In this document: positions 30,025-40,581 of the stretch, piece by piece
How positions within the stretch are numbered: the first letter of the stretch is position 1
Layout: every line of letters starts with the position of its first letter
Assembly: GCA_963813115.1 (NCBI GenBank)
Contig: CAWEXS010000001.1
Coordinates: forward strand, 477,845 to 541,844
Source of the DNA: an uncultured Solirubrobacterales bacterium
Lineage (GTDB): Bacteria > Actinomycetota > Thermoleophilia > Solirubrobacterales > Solirubrobacteraceae
Direction of reading: 5' to 3'
DNA length: 64,000 nucleotides
The notes under the pieces: model-generated
Databases searched by the model: none
Told to the model about the DNA's origin: nothing
What the model saw: the letters and a program-made list of their open reading frames with translations, nothing else
Translations under genes and position numbers: made by a program

Positions 30025-30869
30025 GTCAGCGCCCGCCCGCGGCCGCAGCCGCCGAGGTCGCGGGCGCTCAGCGCATCGCCGCCGCCTTTGCCGAAGCCCC
30101 CGGACGCGCCGCGTTGATGCCCTACATGATGGGCGGCTACCCCTCGCTCGAGGAGTCCGCCCGCATCGGTGCGGCCTGCGTGCATGCCGGTGCCGACATC
30201 ATCGAGCTGGGGATGCCCTACTCCGATCCGCTGGCCGACGGCCCCGTCATTCACGAGGCGGGGACGCGCGCGCTCGCGGCGGGCGCGAACGTGGCGGGGG
30301 TCCTGGAGGTCGCGCGTGCGCTGGCCCCCAGCGTGCCTGTGGTGCTGATGTGTTACGCCAACATGGTTTTCGCGCCCGGGGTCGAGGCCTTCGTCGCGCG
30401 CCTGGCCCAGACCGGGGCCTGCGGGCTGATCGTGCCCGACCTCCCCGCCGAGGAGGCCTCCGAGACGCTCGCCGCCTGCGACCGCAACGACATTGCGCTG
30501 GTGCCGCTGGTGGCGCCCACCACGCCGCCCGAGCGCCTCGCCCAGATCGGGGCGCGCGCACGTGGATTCCTCTACACCGTGTCCGTCGTCGGGATCACCG
30601 GTGAGCGGGCCACGCTCTCCGAGCAGTTCGCCGCGGTGATCGCCCGCGCCAAGTCCGCCACCGAGGTGCCCGTGGCGCTCGGTTTTGGCATCAGCACCCC
30701 CGAGCAGGCGGCGCAGGCGGCGCAGGCCGGGGCGGACGGCGTGATCGTCGGCACCCGGCTCGTGCGGGCCGCCGCCGAGGAGGCCGGTCGCGGCGATGGC
30801 GACCCCGCCCGCGCGGTGGGGAGCATCGTGGCGGAACTCGCCACCGGACTCGCGCGCGAGCCGAGCTGA
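30021..30869 (+). CDS. trpA: Tryptophan synthase alpha chain
   Basis: '[17 protein letters not shown]', 'IVPDLP', 'GFGIST'. Confidence 0.96.
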   Translation: MSQRPPAAAAAEVAGAQRIAAAFAEAPGRAALMPYMMGGYPSLEESARIGAACVHAGADIIELGMPYSDPLADGPVIHEAGTRALAAGANVAGVLEVARALAPSVPVVLMCYANMVFAPGVEAFVARLAQTGACGLIVPDLPAEEASETLAACDRNDIALVPLVAPTTPPERLAQIGARARGFLYTVSVVGITGERATLSEQFAAVIARAKSATEVPVALGFGISTPEQAAQAAQAGADGVIVGTRLVRAAAEEAGRGDGDPARAVGSIVAELATGLAREPS

Positions 30870-30914
30870 GGCCCTGAGACGTTCTGCTCCCGCGACCGCT
30901 AGGATTCCCGGCCA

Positions 30915-31076
30915 ATGGGACTGATTCTCACCGTCACCACCGGTCTGTTCGTCTGGATCGTGCTCTGGGCCCTGGGCAGCAAGGGCTTTGACGCCTTCAT
31001 GCTCGCCACCGCCATCATCCTGGTCGGCGCCTCGGTCAAGATCCTCTCCGGCTACCTGCCCGGTCGCCGCAGCTAG
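30915..31076 (+). CDS. Small 53-aa membrane protein (not in the ORF track)
   Basis: MGLILTVTTGLFVWIVLWALGSKGFDAFMLATAIILVGASVKILSGYLPGRRS*; two hydrophobic segments; host-like C/G third positions. Confidence 0.7.
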   Translation: MGLILTVTTGLFVWIVLWALGSKGFDAFMLATAIILVGASVKILSGYLPGRRS

Positions 31077-31083
31077 TCGGCCG

Positions 31084-32343
31084 GTGCGTCACACGCGCCG
31101 GCTCCGCCCGGCCGCTCCGGGACTCGCTCTCGCCCTGGCTCTCGCCCTGGCTCTCGCCCTGGCCTTCGCCGGCTGCGGCGGAGGGGCCGCCGCGAGCAAC
31201 ACCGGCAATCAGCTCACGATCTATTCGAGCCTGCCGCTCCAGGGTCCCTCCGGGGCCAACGCCGCACAGGTCGTGGCCGGTGAGAAGCTCGCGCTCGCCG
31301 AGGCCCAGGGGCACGTCGGGCAGTTCCGGGTCAGCTACGCCTCGCTGGACGACTCGAACCCCGAGACCGGCGAATACGATCCCGGGATCACCGCGACCGA
31401 CGCCAAGACGGCGGCGCAGGACAACAGCACGATCGCCTATCTGGGCGACTACAACTCGGGCGCGAGCGCGCTGTCGCTGCCGATCGTCAACGCCGCCGGG
31501 ATCCTCCAGGTCAGCCCGGGGAGCCCCTATGTCGGTCTGACCTCCTCGCTGGACGCCGGTCAGGACGAGCCCGATCGCTTCTACCCGACCGGCAAGCGAA
31601 CCTTCGGCCGGCTGATGCCCGCCGACCCCGTGCAGGCGGCCGCCGTGGTCACGCTGATGCGCAAGCTGCGCGTGAGGCGCGTGTACGTGATCGACGACCA
31701 GGATCCCTTCGAGGTTCCGCTCGCACAGATCGTGGCCCGCGACGCCGAAGCGGCCGGGATCAAGGTCGCCGGTCTCGACGGTCTCGACCTGACCGCCGCC
31801 ACCGAAGCCACCGAATTCGGCGATCAGCTCGCCAAGGTCCGTTCGAGCGGTGCCCAGGCGGTGTTCTTCAGCGGCGGCACCGGACCCGGCACGGTCGCGC
31901 TCTGGAAGCAGCTCTATGCCGCGGACCGCAAGCTGTTGCTGCTGGGGAGCAACACGATGGTCAACAGCCGGTTCACCACCGCGATCGGGGTGGCCGCGAC
32001 CAACACCTACCTGACCACGCCCGCGCTGCCCGTGCGCCTGTATCCCGGCGCCGCGCGTGTGCTCCGTGCCTACCGGCGCGCGTTCGACGAAACCCCCGGT
32101 CCCTACGCCCTGTATGGATATGAGACGATGAGCGCCGTGCTCGCCGCGATTCGCCAGGCGGGCGCGCGGGGCAACGATCGCGAAACCGTGATCAAGCGCT
32201 TCTTCGCGACCCACGACCGTGACTCGGTGTTGGGGCGCTACTCGATCCAGCCCAGCGGCGACAGCACGCTCACCACCTACGGCGTCGATCGCATCGTCGG
32301 TGGGCAGCCCGTCTTCTATGCCGCGCTGCCTGGTGGCCCCTGA
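31084..32343 (+). CDS. Branched-chain amino-acid-type ABC substrate-binding lipoprotein (orphan)
   Basis: Lipobox 'AFAGC', 'IYSSLPLQG', 'YLGDYNSGAS', 'LQVSPG'; no permease genes adjacent. Confidence 0.85.
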   Translation: MRHTRRLRPAAPGLALALALALALALAFAGCGGGAAASNTGNQLTIYSSLPLQGPSGANAAQVVAGEKLALAEAQGHVGQFRVSYASLDDSNPETGEYDPGITATDAKTAAQDNSTIAYLGDYNSGASALSLPIVNAAGILQVSPGSPYVGLTSSLDAGQDEPDRFYPTGKRTFGRLMPADPVQAAAVVTLMRKLRVRRVYVIDDQDPFEVPLAQIVARDAEAAGIKVAGLDGLDLTAATEATEFGDQLAKVRSSGAQAVFFSGGTGPGTVALWKQLYAADRKLLLLGSNTMVNSRFTTAIGVAATNTYLTTPALPVRLYPGAARVLRAYRRAFDETPGPYALYGYETMSAVLAAIRQAGARGNDRETVIKRFFATHDRDSVLGRYSIQPSGDSTLTTYGVDRIVGGQPVFYAALPGGP

Positions 32344-32401
32344 GCGGGTCCTGAACGGGTTCTGGGGTCCCGGGGCCCCGGGTTTCCCGAGCGGCGTGGA
32401 G

Positions 32402-33331
32402 TCAGGCGAGCGCGTCTTTGAGCGCCGCCGCGAGCCCGGGGTACTCGAAGCGATAGCCCAGCATCAGCGCCTTGGCCGGCAGCACCCGGGCCCCGCCCGT
32501 CACGATCTCGGCCATCTCGCCGTACAGCGCTCGCAGGGCAAAGCCCGGTACCGGCAACAGCGCCGGGCGATGCAGGACACCGCCGAGGACGCGTGAGAAC
32601 TCACGGTTGGTGAGCGGCTCGGGCGCCGTAGCGTTGACCGCGCCCGTCCAGCTCGCGTCGGTGAGCGCCGCCAGCATCATGCCCACCAGGTCGTCGCGGT
32701 GAATCCAGGACACGTACTGTTCACCGCCCGCCACCGGGCCGCCGATTCCGAGCCGAAAGGGGGGCAGCATCTTCGCCAGCGCGCCGCCGCGGCGGTCGAG
32801 CACGACGCCGGTGCGAACCTGGACCACGCGCAGGCCGAGCCGGGCCGCCTCCTGGGCGCCGGCCTCCCAGGCGACGCAGACATCGGCCAGGAAGTCGCTG
32901 CCGGGCGGGGTCTCCTCATCCAGGGGCTCGGGCCCGTGCGGCCCGTAGTAGCCGATCGCCGAGGCGCTCACCAGCACTCCGGGGCGCCCGCCCTGCGTGC
33001 CATCCCCCGCCAGCGCCCGCAGCCCGGCGATCAGGTTCTCGGTGCCGCGCACCCGGCTCTCACGGATCGCGGCCTTGGCCTGGGCGCTCCAACGCTGGGC
33101 GACGTTCTCGCCCGCCAGGTGTACCACCGCATCGCGACCCGCCAGGCTCTCCGGCGGCGCGGGCTCGCTCATGGAATCCCAGGCATGGACCTGCACCGCG
33201 CCGTCCCCGATGCTCGCCCGCGCGCGCTCGGGGTCGCGCGAGAGAACCGTGACCTCCGCGCCCTCTGAGCGCAGCCGCTGAAGCAGCGTCCCGCCGACGA
33301 GCCCCGTCGCTCCGGTGATCGTGACCCGCAT
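32402..33331 (-). CDS. TIGR01777-family NAD-dependent epimerase/oxidoreductase
   Basis: 'TGATGLVG', 'VVHLAGENV', 'SASAIGYYG', 'GGEQYVSWIH'. Confidence 0.9.
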   Translation of the reverse strand: MRVTITGATGLVGGTLLQRLRSEGAEVTVLSRDPERARASIGDGAVQVHAWDSMSEPAPPESLAGRDAVVHLAGENVAQRWSAQAKAAIRESRVRGTENLIAGLRALAGDGTQGGRPGVLVSASAIGYYGPHGPEPLDEETPPGSDFLADVCVAWEAGAQEAARLGLRVVQVRTGVVLDRRGGALAKMLPPFRLGIGGPVAGGEQYVSWIHRDDLVGMMLAALTDASWTGAVNATAPEPLTNREFSRVLGGVLHRPALLPVPGFALRALYGEMAEIVTGGARVLPAKALMLGYRFEYPGLAAALKDALA

Positions 33332-33406
33332 CGAGCCGACTCTCCTCTGTTGGACTACGTGGCGACTGTCTGGGCGCCGCCGCCCGAGGCTTGTCCTACC
33401 CGTTTC

Positions 33407-34909
33407 TCAGGCGGGCATGCCGGTCAGGGTATCGCCCTGTGCGAATCCGACCTTCTGCCCGGCCAGCGCCGTGCCGCCCGCGCGTGCCTGCTCGGCGACC
33501 GCGGCCGCCACGGCGGGAGCGACGTCACGGTTGAAGACCGAGGGGATGATGTAGTCCTCGCGCAACTCCTCCTCGGGGATGATCGCCGCGATCGCGCGGG
33601 CGGCGGCCATCTTCATCGGCTCGGTGATCTTGGGGGCGCGCACGTCCAGGGCGCCGCGGAAGATGCCCGGGAAGCAGAGCACGTTGTTGATCTGGTTGGG
33701 GTAGTCCGAGCGCCCGGTGGCCATGATCCGCACGTACGGAGCGGCCTCCTCGGGGTTTATCTCGGGGTTCGGGTTGGCCATTGCGAACACCATCGCGTCG
33801 GCGTTCATGCGCCCCAGCGCCTCCGCGGGCAGCACGCGTGCCCCGGAGAGGCCGATCACGAGGTCGGCGCCGTCGATCACGTCCGCCGGCTTGCCCGCAC
33901 GGCACTCGGGGTTGGTCGACTCGGCATACCAGCGCTTGATGGTCGTCATCGAGTCGCTCAGGTAGTCCTCGCGCCGCACGTGCAGGGCGCCCTGGGAGTC
34001 GGCGCCGATGATGTGCGAAACCCCGGCCTCCAGCATGATCTTGGTGACCGCCACCCCGGCGGCGCCCAAGCCGATCACGAGCACCCGCAGGTCCGCGAGG
34101 TTGCGCCCGGTCAGCTTCACGGCATTCAACAGCGCCGCCATCACGACCACGGCGGTGCCGTGCTGATCGTCATGGAAGACCGGGATGTCCAGCTCGTCGA
34201 TCAGGCGCTGCTCGATCTCGAAGCAGCGCGGCGCCGAGATGTCCTCCAAATTGATCCCGCCGAAGCCCGGGGCCATCAGCTTGACGGTACGCACGATCTC
34301 ATCGGGATCCTTGGTGTCCAGGCAGATCGGGAACGCGTCGACCCCGGCGAACTCCTTGAACAGGCAGGCCTTGCCCTCCATCACGGGCATCGCCGCCGCC
34401 GGGCCGATGTCGCCGAGGCCGAGCACGGCGGTGCCGTCTGAGACCACGGCCACCGTGTTGCGCTTGATCGTGTACTGGAAGGCCTTGTCGGGGTCGTCGT
34501 GGATCGCGTGACACACGCGCGCCACACCCGGGGTGTAGGCCATTGAGAGATCGTCGCGCGTCTTCAGCGGATGCTTGTTGTGCTGTTCGATCTTGCCGCC
34601 CACGTGCAGCAGGAAGGTGCGGTCCGTGGTATCGATCACCTCGACGCCCGCGAGCGCCCCGATCGCATTCAGGATCCGCTCCCAGTGGGCGCGACCGGAT
34701 GCATCGACGACGACGTCTCGCACACTGCCCGTGCTGTCGGATTCGATCAGATCGACGGCCGCCACAACGCCGCCGGCGTCGCCGATCGCGGTGGTCACCA
34801 AGCCGAGGTTGCCGCGGCTCTCGTCCAGTTTGACGCGAATGGTGAGGCTGTACTGCGCACTGGGGGTGACGCTCACGGGGCGAGGCTCCTCGATTGATGG
34901 CCGACCCAC
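33407..34909 (-). CDS. NAD-dependent malic enzyme with an N-terminal ACT domain
   Basis: 'LSMAYTPGVA', 'DGTAVLGLG', 'EDI', 'HDDQHGTA', 'TGRSDYPNQINN'; exact start uncertain. Confidence 0.92.
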   Translation of the reverse strand: MGRPSIEEPRPVSVTPSAQYSLTIRVKLDESRGNLGLVTTAIGDAGGVVAAVDLIESDSTGSVRDVVVDASGRAHWERILNAIGALAGVEVIDTTDRTFLLHVGGKIEQHNKHPLKTRDDLSMAYTPGVARVCHAIHDDPDKAFQYTIKRNTVAVVSDGTAVLGLGDIGPAAAMPVMEGKACLFKEFAGVDAFPICLDTKDPDEIVRTVKLMAPGFGGINLEDISAPRCFEIEQRLIDELDIPVFHDDQHGTAVVVMAALLNAVKLTGRNLADLRVLVIGLGAAGVAVTKIMLEAGVSHIIGADSQGALHVRREDYLSDSMTTIKRWYAESTNPECRAGKPADVIDGADLVIGLSGARVLPAEALGRMNADAMVFAMANPNPEINPEEAAPYVRIMATGRSDYPNQINNVLCFPGIFRGALDVRAPKITEPMKMAAARAIAAIIPEEELREDYIIPSVFNRDVAPAVAAAVAEQARAGGTALAGQKVGFAQGDTLTGMPA

Positions 34910-34965
34910 CCATGTTATTTGCTATCGCCCCGACGCTCTCCACGGCTGTCACTAGAGTGCCGGGC

Positions 34966-37551
34966 GTGGAGCCCCGCCTGTTCCTGATCGACGGTCCCAG
35001 CCTGGCCTACCGGGCGTTCTACGCGTTGCCCGAGTCGATCGCGACCTCGACCGGCATCCCGACCAACGCGATCTTCGGCTTCGCCTCGATGCTCGTCAAG
35101 ATCGTGACCGAGTACGGGTTGGCGCCCACCGTCGTGGCCTGGGACACCGGCACCTCGGGGCGCACCGAGCTGTACTCCGAGTACAAGGCCACGCGGCGCT
35201 CGCGGCCCGATCTGCTCAAAACGCAGTGGCCCGCGCTGGAACCGCTGGTGGAGGCCTTCGGGTATCGCAACGTGCGCGTCGAGGGCACCGAGGCCGACGA
35301 CGTGATCGCCTCGATCGCCGAGCGCGCACGCCTGGCCGAGGTGCCGGTGATGATCGTCACCGGCGACCGCGATGTCTTCCAGTTGATCGACGAGGCCGGG
35401 CTCGTGAAGGTGATGGCGACCGCCCGCGGCATCACGGACACCAAGATCTACGACCACCAGGCCGTGATCGACCGCTACGGCATCCCGCCCGCGCTGATCC
35501 CCGACTTCTACGGCCTCAAGGGCGACAGCTCGGACAACATCCCCGGGGTCCCCGGGATCGGCGACAAGACGGCCTCGGATTTGCTCCAGCGCTGGGGCAC
35601 GCTCGAGGGCGTGCTGGGACACGTGCGCGAGATCAGCGGGGCCAAGCGCAAACAGAACCTGATCGACCACGCCGAGAACGCGCGCATCTCAAAGCAGCTC
35701 GCCACCGTCGATCGGGGACTGCCCGTCGAGTTCGATCCCAAGGCCGAGGCCGCGCGCGAGCCCGATCGCTCAAGGCTGCGCGAGGTCTTCCGCGAATACG
35801 AGCTGCGCGACCCCCTGCGCCGTCTGGAGGAGGCCCTGGGAGATGCCGAGGTGGCCGCGCCCGCCGCGGCGAGCGAAGTGAAGTTGAGAGCCCGCGTGCG
35901 CGCCGGAGGAGTGGCCGATGTCGCGGGGCTCGGAGGCGTGGGCTCGGATGCGGAGCTGTTCGTGGCCCTGACCGAGGTGCAGGCGCCCGAGGGGGCGCTG
36001 TTCGCCAAGGGTCCCGCCTGGCGCTTCGCGGTGGCCTGCGGGGGCGAGGTGCTGGCCGGTGATGCCGAGGGGCCCCTGGAGCTGCTCGCGGCGCTGGGCG
36101 AGCGCGCGGTGGTGGCGCACGACGCCAAGGATCTCGACCTAGTGGCTGTAGGCCTTGCCCACGACACGCTGCTCGGGGCCTACCTGCTCGAGCCCGCGCG
36201 CCGCGGATACCCGTTCGCGGAGCTGTGTGAGGAGCGCGGCCTCGCCACCGACCTGGAGGACCCCGTGGCTGCGCAGGCGCTGCTGCTGAGCGCGCTGGCC
36301 GAGTGGCAGCGGGAACAGATCGTGGAGCGGGGCCTACAAAGCGTGATGGCCGAACTGGAGCTGCCGCTGGTCAAAGTGCTGAGCGACGTCGAGCGACTCG
36401 GGGTCCGCCTGAACGTGCCCCGCCTGCAAGAGATCACGGGGCGGGTGCGCGAGGAGGTCCTGACCCTCGAACGAGAGATCTTCGTGTTGGCGGGCACCGA
36501 GTTCCTGATCGCCTCCCCACAGCAGCTCGGCGAGATCCTCTTCGAGAAGCTCGGGCTCTCACGCAAACGCCGTGGCAAGACCGGGTACTCAACCGACGCC
36601 CGGGTGCTGCAGGCGATCCGCGAGGAGCACGAGATCATTCCTAAGATCGAGCGCTGGCGCGAGCTGAGCACGCTCACCAAGACCTATCTCGACGTACTCC
36701 CCGCAGTGATCGACGAGCGCTCGCGAATCCACACCACCTTCCTGCAGGCCGTCGCCCAGACCGGGCGCCTGTCGAGCACCAACCCGAACATGCAGAACGT
36801 CCCGATCCGCACGCCCTTGGGCCGCGAGATCCGGGGCTGCTTCGAGGCCGACCAGGGCAGCGTGCTGATCTCCGTGGACTACTCCCAGATCGAGCTGCGG
36901 GTGCTCGCGCACATGGCCGGCGAGCCCGTGTTGAAGGAGATCTTCCGGCGCGGCGACGACGTGCATACGGCGACCGCCTCGCAGGTCTTCCAGGTCGCCG
37001 CCGAGGACATCGATCCCGGCATGCGCTCGAAGGCGAAGATGATCAACTACGGGATCGTCTACGGCCTCTCCGACTACGGTCTCGCCGACCGTCTGAACAT
37101 TCCGCGCGAGGAGGCCAAGGAGTTCATCGACGCCTACCTCGCCCGCTTCCCCAAGGTCGCGCAGTTCATGGCCGACACGATCGAGCAGGCCAAGGAGGAG
37201 GGGCACGTCAAGACCCTCTGGGGACGGCGGCGCCAGATCCCCGAGCTGCAGGCCCGCAACTACCAGGTGCGCACCCTCGGCGAGCGCCTCGCGGTCAACA
37301 CCGTGATCCAGGGCACCGCCGCCGACATCATCAAGCTCGCGATGATTCGCTGCCACGACGTGCTCGCCGTGGCCGACCTACAGACCAGCCTGATCCTCAC
37401 GATCCACGACGAGCTGCTGTTCGAAGGCCCGCCCGCGGAGGTGGCGGTCGCACGCGAGCTGATCGAGCGCGAGATGGTCGGCGTCTGGGAGCACACCCCG
37501 TCGCTGGCCGTGGACGTCGGGGTGGGGGAGAACTGGCTACAGGCCAAGTGA
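34966..37551 (+). CDS. polA: DNA polymerase I
   Basis: 5'-3' exonuclease ('LIDG..LAYRAF', 'GDSSDNIPGVPGIG') and polymerase motifs 'DYSQIELR', 'KMINYG', 'IHDEL'. Confidence 0.97.
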   Translation: MEPRLFLIDGPSLAYRAFYALPESIATSTGIPTNAIFGFASMLVKIVTEYGLAPTVVAWDTGTSGRTELYSEYKATRRSRPDLLKTQWPALEPLVEAFGYRNVRVEGTEADDVIASIAERARLAEVPVMIVTGDRDVFQLIDEAGLVKVMATARGITDTKIYDHQAVIDRYGIPPALIPDFYGLKGDSSDNIPGVPGIGDKTASDLLQRWGTLEGVLGHVREISGAKRKQNLIDHAENARISKQLATVDRGLPVEFDPKAEAAREPDRSRLREVFREYELRDPLRRLEEALGDAEVAAPAAASEVKLRARVRAGGVADVAGLGGVGSDAELFVALTEVQAPEGALFAKGPAWRFAVACGGEVLAGDAEGPLELLAALGERAVVAHDAKDLDLVAVGLAHDTLLGAYLLEPARRGYPFAELCEERGLATDLEDPVAAQALLLSALAEWQREQIVERGLQSVMAELELPLVKVLSDVERLGVRLNVPRLQEITGRVREEVLTLEREIFVLAGTEFLIASPQQLGEILFEKLGLSRKRRGKTGYSTDARVLQAIREEHEIIPKIERWRELSTLTKTYLDVLPAVIDERSRIHTTFLQAVAQTGRLSSTNPNMQNVPIRTPLGREIRGCFEADQGSVLISVDYSQIELRVLAHMAGEPVLKEIFRRGDDVHTATASQVFQVAAEDIDPGMRSKAKMINYGIVYGLSDYGLADRLNIPREEAKEFIDAYLARFPKVAQFMADTIEQAKEEGHVKTLWGRRRQIPELQARNYQVRTLGERLAVNTVIQGTAADIIKLAMIRCHDVLAVADLQTSLILTIHDELLFEGPPAEVAVARELIEREMVGVWEHTPSLAVDVGVGENWLQAK

Positions 37552-37555
37552 GCGC

Positions 37556-38488
37556 TCAGCCGAGCGCCGTGCGAAAGCCCTCGCGCCAGCTGGCGTAAGC
37601 AGGCTCGAAGCCCAGCTCGCTCTTGGCCAGCTCATTGGACGCGCCCTGCGATTCGGTCATCACCGAGACGCCGTAGCTGCCGGCGGCCAGGCGGGCGATC
37701 GCCGTCGGGACCCGCCAGGGGCGGGGCGCACCCACGGCCGCGGCGAGCGCGGGCAGCCAGGCCGAGACCGGCGCGGGCTCGTCGTCGACGATGTTGAACA
37801 CGCCGGAGCGCTCGCGATCGAGTGCCCGCAGGGCTGCCCGGGCGGCGTCGTCGACATGCAGCAGCGACCACACGCCCGTCCCGGCGCCCACGATCGGCAT
37901 GCGGCGGCGCCTCAGGTCTTCCACGATCGAGCCCGACGGCGAGAGCATCGTGTCCGGCCCGTAGAGGAAGCCGTAGCGCAGCACGACCCCCTCGGCGCCG
38001 AGTACCGACTGCTCCAGGTCCGCCAGTGCGCGGGCGGTGCGCTGGAACGACTTGGGCGCATCCAGGAACAGCGGATCATGCTCGTGATGCAGGGTGCCGG
38101 GTGTCCCCGGGGCGTAGGCGAAGGCGATGCTCTCAGCCACTATCCGCCGGGTGCCGGCGGCGCGTGCGGCGGCCACGAGGTTGGGGGTGCCCTCGCTGCG
38201 CAGCCGGTCGTTGGCGGCCAGGTCGCGCTCCATCTTGCGCGGGTCAAGGCGCGGTGGCAGCGAGGTGAGCATGTGGATCACGGCGTCGGGCTCTGCCTCC
38301 TTGACCGCCGTCGTCAGAGCGGTTGCGTCAAACGCGTCGACCACCACCGGCTCCGCGCCCGCGGCGCGCAGGACCTCCGCCTTGGCGGGGTAGCGGGTGG
38401 TGCCCGTCACCCGGTGGCCCTCGGCGAGCAGCATCGGCACCAGCCGTCGGCCGATCACGCCCGTGGCTCCCGCGAGAAAAACTTTCAT
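37556..38488 (-). CDS. NAD-dependent epimerase/dehydratase family protein
   Basis: 'LAGATGVIG', 'LRYGFLYG', 'LLHVDDAA'. Confidence 0.88.
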   Translation of the reverse strand: MKVFLAGATGVIGRRLVPMLLAEGHRVTGTTRYPAKAEVLRAAGAEPVVVDAFDATALTTAVKEAEPDAVIHMLTSLPPRLDPRKMERDLAANDRLRSEGTPNLVAAARAAGTRRIVAESIAFAYAPGTPGTLHHEHDPLFLDAPKSFQRTARALADLEQSVLGAEGVVLRYGFLYGPDTMLSPSGSIVEDLRRRRMPIVGAGTGVWSLLHVDDAARAALRALDRERSGVFNIVDDEPAPVSAWLPALAAAVGAPRPWRVPTAIARLAAGSYGVSVMTESQGASNELAKSELGFEPAYASWREGFRTALG

Positions 38489-38937
38489 CGGACCACCTTG
38501 GGTTCGAGTGTTGCCTTGCGCCAAAGCCAGGCCAGCAGCACGCTGAGCGCGGCGAGCGAGAAGAAGTCGAAGTAGCCGTTCCAGGCCGGGTGGGCACGGT
38601 CGATGTCGACCAGATGGTTGATGCTGTGCAGCGTGAACTGGACCGTCGTCAGCGCCAGCACCGGGACCCGCCAGGAGGGCCTTCTCACCGCGACCGCGAA
38701 CGCAAAGGCGAGCGCCCCGTTGTAGCTGGCCACGTCGCGGATGTAGTGGGGGTTGGCCGCGCCGAAGGGGCCGACGTTGGTGTAGAAGGCGTGCGGGGCG
38801 ATCGCCATGAAGGCCCCCACCAGGAGGTGATAGACCGCGAAGCCCGCCACCCCCGCGGTCACGATCGTGGGCCCGGGGGCTTGCGTGAGTAAGGGCTGGG
38901 ACTGCGAGGGCTTCTGGCTGAGTGTCATGGTTGGCAC
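38485..38937 (-). CDS. Small multi-pass membrane protein
   Basis: Four hydrophobic segments; 'NPHYIRDVAS'; ATGA-type overlap with the epimerase. Confidence 0.75.
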   Translation of the reverse strand: MPTMTLSQKPSQSQPLLTQAPGPTIVTAGVAGFAVYHLLVGAFMAIAPHAFYTNVGPFGAANPHYIRDVASYNGALAFAFAVAVRRPSWRVPVLALTTVQFTLHSINHLVDIDRAHPAWNGYFDFFSLAALSVLLAWLWRKATLEPKVVR

Positions 38938-38965
38938 CCTATGGGCACCGGCCCGGCCGCGTAAA

Positions 38966-38997
38966 GGACCACTCTGCGCATTGGGGGCCGTACCACT
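38966..38997 (-). promoter_or_regulatory. Putative MocR/PdxR-type direct-repeat operator
   Basis: AGTGGTAC and AGTGGTCC on the minus strand, 24 bp apart, between the MocR gene and the membrane-protein/epimerase operon. Confidence 0.45.
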
Positions 38998-39064
38998 TGC
39001 GTGTCGGGTGCGGCAGGTGGGCGTCGGGTGCGGTCGGTGGCCTAACGCGCGGTCGGCTCGTCGC

Positions 39065-40483
39065 TCAGGTTCGATTGCTCACCTCGTTGAAGGCTTCGCC
39101 CACCAGACGCACGCCCTGCTCGATCGCGGGCTCGGAGAGATTGCCGTAGCCGAGCAGCACCCCGGGTGCTCCACCCCGTACGAAGCGGTGCCAGGAGAGG
39201 CCCTCCATCCCGACCCCGCGTTCGGAGGCGGCGCCCAGCAGCGCCGCCTCATCCAGGCCCGTGGGCAGCATCAGCAGCTCAAACAGGCCCGCCCCGCTGC
39301 CGGGCCGCACGACACCCTGTGGCAGCCAGCGCGCGAGTGCCGCCAACAGCGCCTCGCGTCGCTGCTGGTAGCGCAGGCGCATGCGGCGCACGTGGCGGTC
39401 CAACTCACCGCGCTCGATGAAGTCGCAGAGCGCGAGCTGCCCCACGACCTCCGAGCCACCGTCCTCGACGGCCTTCGCCGAGACCATTCCCCAGGCGATC
39501 CACGACGGCATCAGCACCCAGCCCAGGCGCATGCCCGGCACCAGCCGCTTGCTGGCCGAGCCGATGTACACCACTCGCTCGGGCGCGAGGCCCTGGAGCG
39601 CCCCGACCGCGATCCGGTCGTAGCGAAACTCCCCGTCGAAGTCGTCCTCCACGATCAGCCGGTCGCCGTCCTCGGCCCATTCGATCAGCGCGGCCCGGCG
39701 CTCGCGACTCAATACGACGCCGGTGGGGAACTGATGGGCTGGCGTCACCAGCACCGCGCTCACGTCCGCGGCGAGGAGCGCGTCGACGCGCAGACCCTGC
39801 TCATCCACGGGGATCGGCACGGCTTCAAGGCCGGCCTGTTCGACCGCCAGCCGGTGCACGTGCCAGCCCGGGTCCTCCAGCGCGATCCGCTCCACGCCCT
39901 GCTGCACCAGCCAGCGGCAGAGCAGCGAGAAGCCCTGCATGAAGCCGGTGCAGACCAGCATGTGCTCGGGGTCGGCCACCGCGCCGCGGACCCGGCCCAG
40001 GTAGCTGGCGAGCGCTTCACGCAGCTCGGGCACGCCGCGCGGGTCGACGTAGCCCACCGCCCCCAGCGGGGACTCGCGCCAGGCTGCGCGCAGTGAGCGC
40101 AGCCAGCGGTCGCGCGGGAAGCCCGCCAGGTCCGGCAGCCCCGAGTGGAAGTGGTAGGGGAAGCTCGGCAGCAGCGAGCGCGCGGGGGCCGGCGGTGCGG
40201 GAACTCTCACGGCTCGCGCCACCCGCACCGCGGCGCCCTGCCTGGTCTGGAGGTAGCCCTCGGCCGCGAGCTGGCCGTAGGCCTCGCTCACCACGCCGCG
40301 GGAGACACCCAGCTCAAGCGCCAGGGCGCGTGTCGAGGGTAGGCGCACCCCGGCCGGGAGGCGTCCCGAGCGGATGCGCTCGCGCACCAGGCTCTCAAGC
40401 TGCTCGTGCAGCGGCAGCTCGCTGCTGCGGTCGATCTCGACCAGCAGCTCCGGCCCGGTAACTGGTCCTGTGCTCCCAGTCAT
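39065..40483 (-). CDS. MocR/GabR-family regulator (GntR wHTH + PLP aminotransferase-like domain)
   Basis: 'RLPSTRALALELGVSRGVV', 'VTPAHQFPTG', 'VEDDFDGEFRY', 'GSASK'. Confidence 0.93.
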   Translation of the reverse strand: MTGSTGPVTGPELLVEIDRSSELPLHEQLESLVRERIRSGRLPAGVRLPSTRALALELGVSRGVVSEAYGQLAAEGYLQTRQGAAVRVARAVRVPAPPAPARSLLPSFPYHFHSGLPDLAGFPRDRWLRSLRAAWRESPLGAVGYVDPRGVPELREALASYLGRVRGAVADPEHMLVCTGFMQGFSLLCRWLVQQGVERIALEDPGWHVHRLAVEQAGLEAVPIPVDEQGLRVDALLAADVSAVLVTPAHQFPTGVVLSRERRAALIEWAEDGDRLIVEDDFDGEFRYDRIAVGALQGLAPERVVYIGSASKRLVPGMRLGWVLMPSWIAWGMVSAKAVEDGGSEVVGQLALCDFIERGELDRHVRRMRLRYQQRREALLAALARWLPQGVVRPGSGAGLFELLMLPTGLDEAALLGAASERGVGMEGLSWHRFVRGGAPGVLLGYGNLSEPAIEQGVRLVGEAFNEVSNRT

Positions 40484-40508
40484 AACTGGAACTGTATACA
40501 GGGCCAGT
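40461..40508. promoter_or_regulatory. Paired ACTGG...CCAGT inverted repeats in the divergent MocR/oxidoreductase control region
   Basis: ACTGG-N10-CCAGT (40461-40480) and ACTGG-N14-CCAGT (40485-40508). Confidence 0.5.
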
Positions 40509-40581
40509 ACGAGCGTAGTGTGCCAACTGCAACAGCTTGAGGAGGAGATCCCCGTTCTCGCCGGTTCAAAGGAGGATCGTC

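Noticed and set aside
35860-36300. Degenerate 3'-5' exonuclease domain of PolA
   Set aside because: Loss of proofreading motifs in Pol I is common in Actinobacteria and Firmicutes; not novel.
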